Positions 63,501 through 64,000 of a DNA stretch of 64,000 nucleotides are shown here, piece after piece. The notes beneath the pieces are model-generated. The model searched no databases, was not told the origin of the DNA, and worked only from the letters and a program-made list of their open reading frames with translations. A program made the position numbers and the translations under genes. Location: assembly GCA_051252135.1 (NCBI GenBank), contig JBPOGH010000007.1, positions 160,001 through 224,000 of the forward strand, given 5' to 3'. Source of the DNA: Verrucomicrobiaceae bacterium. GTDB lineage: Bacteria > Verrucomicrobiota > Verrucomicrobiia > Verrucomicrobiales > Akkermansiaceae. Within the stretch, counting starts at the first letter, position 1. The number at the start of each line of letters is the position of its first letter.

Positions 63501-63804
63501 CGCGGGAGGCGAGGATTTGATCGAGGTCGAGGAAAATGGTTTTGGTGGGGTTGGCGGCGGAGACGTCGGGGACGAGTTCGAGGTCGCCGGTCTTCTCGCA
63601 GATGAAGAGGCGCTTGGTGTCGCCATCGGGGCTGCGGAGGCAGAGGGGGGAAGAGAAGGAGAGGCCGGGGAAGGCGGTTTGGACTTCGATGACGGACGCG
63701 GGAGGCTCGCTTGGGAGAGTGATGGTGGTGTTGGCGACGCGTGGTCCGGCGCTTGCTGCGAGGGTGGAGGCAAGGGTGAAAAGTGCGACGGGATGGCGGG
63801 ACAT
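60532..63804 (-). CDS. PQQ-dependent (glucose/sorbosone-type) dehydrogenase-like protein with two heme-c motifs
   Basis: EQGLLSVAFHPDY, NHNGGDLHFGSDGYLY, GLRNPWRFSFD, GDVGQ..REE, SITGGFVYRG; CNTCH and CAYCH; MPPL; C-terminal ADPDADG...EFFRY. Confidence 0.9.
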   Translation of the reverse strand: MSRHPVALFTLASTLAASAGPRVANTTITLPSEPPASVIEVQTAFPGLSFSSPLCLRSPDGDTKRLFICEKTGDLELVPDVSAANPTKTIFLDLDQILASRGESLLTGSEQGLLSVAFHPDYQNNGSFFIVYNVSSGGTNYQRLSRWHDPDLADTAADPTSEEILIEQRNDAGNHNGGDLHFGSDGYLYMSWGDEGAANDTLNNSQFLDKDFWSSITRIDVDLEPEDYTPSDGTGNDDTNLRPNTHPAIKLVNGNPLYEVPADNPWVGATTFNGVSVNPTQTRTEFFAVGLRNPWRFSFDNDELWIGDVGQGAREEVTIALIGSNHGWAWYEGDLSGPKFNSTINGASRTNSTHNPPVWDYARGNGEFQGNSITGGFVYRGTNIPSLTGKYIFGDYVSGNVWALERTDTPGEPEVQRIAGEGGLAGFGPDPSNGDILMADVSGNQIHRLVARDDDPGFPDTLSSTGIFSNLATLTPNPGVVPYDINLPFWSDHALKQRWFAIKNTSDLITYAEDQPWTFPNGMIWVKHFDLELERGNPATKKHLETRVLVRNQIAEVVSTSTLISEGASAKYLVPTNASLESTWMTTAFDDSSWPTANTGIGYDENSTYLSHFGTGGNLGNALNGQNTSFYLRVPFNVTDAASIGQLTLRMKYDDGFVAYFNGQRVTDANPPEDDSPPQALTWESEASGDNPDGSATSFQDFNISSFTHLLQDGQNILAIQGLNNGIGSSDMLITPELIGGIANFTDGIYGVSYKWNEAGTEATLVGTAGENIELTIDTPDGIQAQTWNIPSRSSCNTCHLPEAGLALSFNTPQLNRTGTIEGSSGNLLTLLFTSGYLDTLPNLPDALPKHIGPTETDYSLEARVRSYLDVNCAYCHQDPGIEPLTWKGNLALTIAQTNLINTLASGGTEHPDDRLVVPGNPTRSILLSRVAATNGYTRMPPLATNETDTANIQLLTDWILQEATSETTYHAWRIARFGNDTSPQGEPTADPDADGASNQTEWLTLTNPTDPSDLLTTTILQNSSNIEIDLPPFSNRSLIIQRSTDLSNWQRWTAPGNNALPRNPAQPTQTLTAPASGTQEFFRYQIEER

Positions 63805-63855
63805 TGTTGGTGAGTTTAGGGTGGAAGTGGAGATGAGGCAAATGGCATTCGTGGG

Positions 63856-63911
63856 GCTGTGAGCTGCGGGCTGTGAGCTGTGAGCTGTGAGCTGTGAGCT
63901 GTGAGCGACGA
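63856..63911 (+). repeat. Heptamer tandem repeat (GCTGTGA)n, 8 units including 2 degenerate
   Basis: GCTGTGA GCTGCGG (GCTGTGA)x5 GCGACGA, about 50 bp upstream of the dehydrogenase start. Confidence 0.9.
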
Positions 63912-64000
63912 GCTTGCTTGGTTGGGTGGGCGGCAGACTTTGGATTTATGGAGGGGTGGACGTTCCGGAGAAAGGCGCGGGATTTATTGCTTCGGGGGTT

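Noticed and set aside
55470..63813. Long alternative-frame ORFs (55470-56906, 60318-61727, 60739-61986, 62557-63813)
   Set aside because: They overlap motif-supported genes and have skewed P/S/T, R/H or G/V/E composition, as expected from the strong G/T bias of the + strand.
33420..64000. Integrative element or prophage inserted at tRNA-Tyr
   Set aside because: No integrase, transposase or phage gene, and I found no duplicate of the tRNA 3' end in the window. The block is accessory in content but mobility is unsupported; the far boundary may lie outside the window.

Overview
GC-rich bacterial DNA, most consistent with a Verrucomicrobiota genome (two PEP-CTERM proteins, CotH/lamin-tail proteins, large secreted proteins with a shared C-terminal module); this assignment is an inference. 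The left half (1-33.5 kb) is mostly housekeeping: UvrD/Rep-type helicase, IscA-HscB-HscA-like cluster, aroE, gltX, LysM protein, dusB, LptF/G permease, DAACS symporter, nuoG-N, a YiiX-type amidase and tRNA-Tyr(GTA). The right half (33.6-63.8 kb), starting directly after the tRNA, is an accessory cell-surface, probably glycan-processing, locus. It has a beta-propeller sensor kinase with a NarL/LuxR response regulator, a sulfatase, a GH10-like enzyme with His in place of the acid/base Glu, two CotH-kinase proteins, a PEP-CTERM protein, three modular secreted proteins and a PQQ-type dehydrogenase with two heme-c motifs. The strongest unannotated signal is a 20-bp palindrome TGTCAC-N8-GTGACA: four perfect copies and two variants, all upstream of genes in this locus. 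Five of the six sit 21-22 bp upstream of a -10-like hexamer, which suggests an activator regulon. Four proteins of the locus also share a roughly 200-aa domain that I cannot name. All family calls come from reading motifs by eye; no database searches were run.
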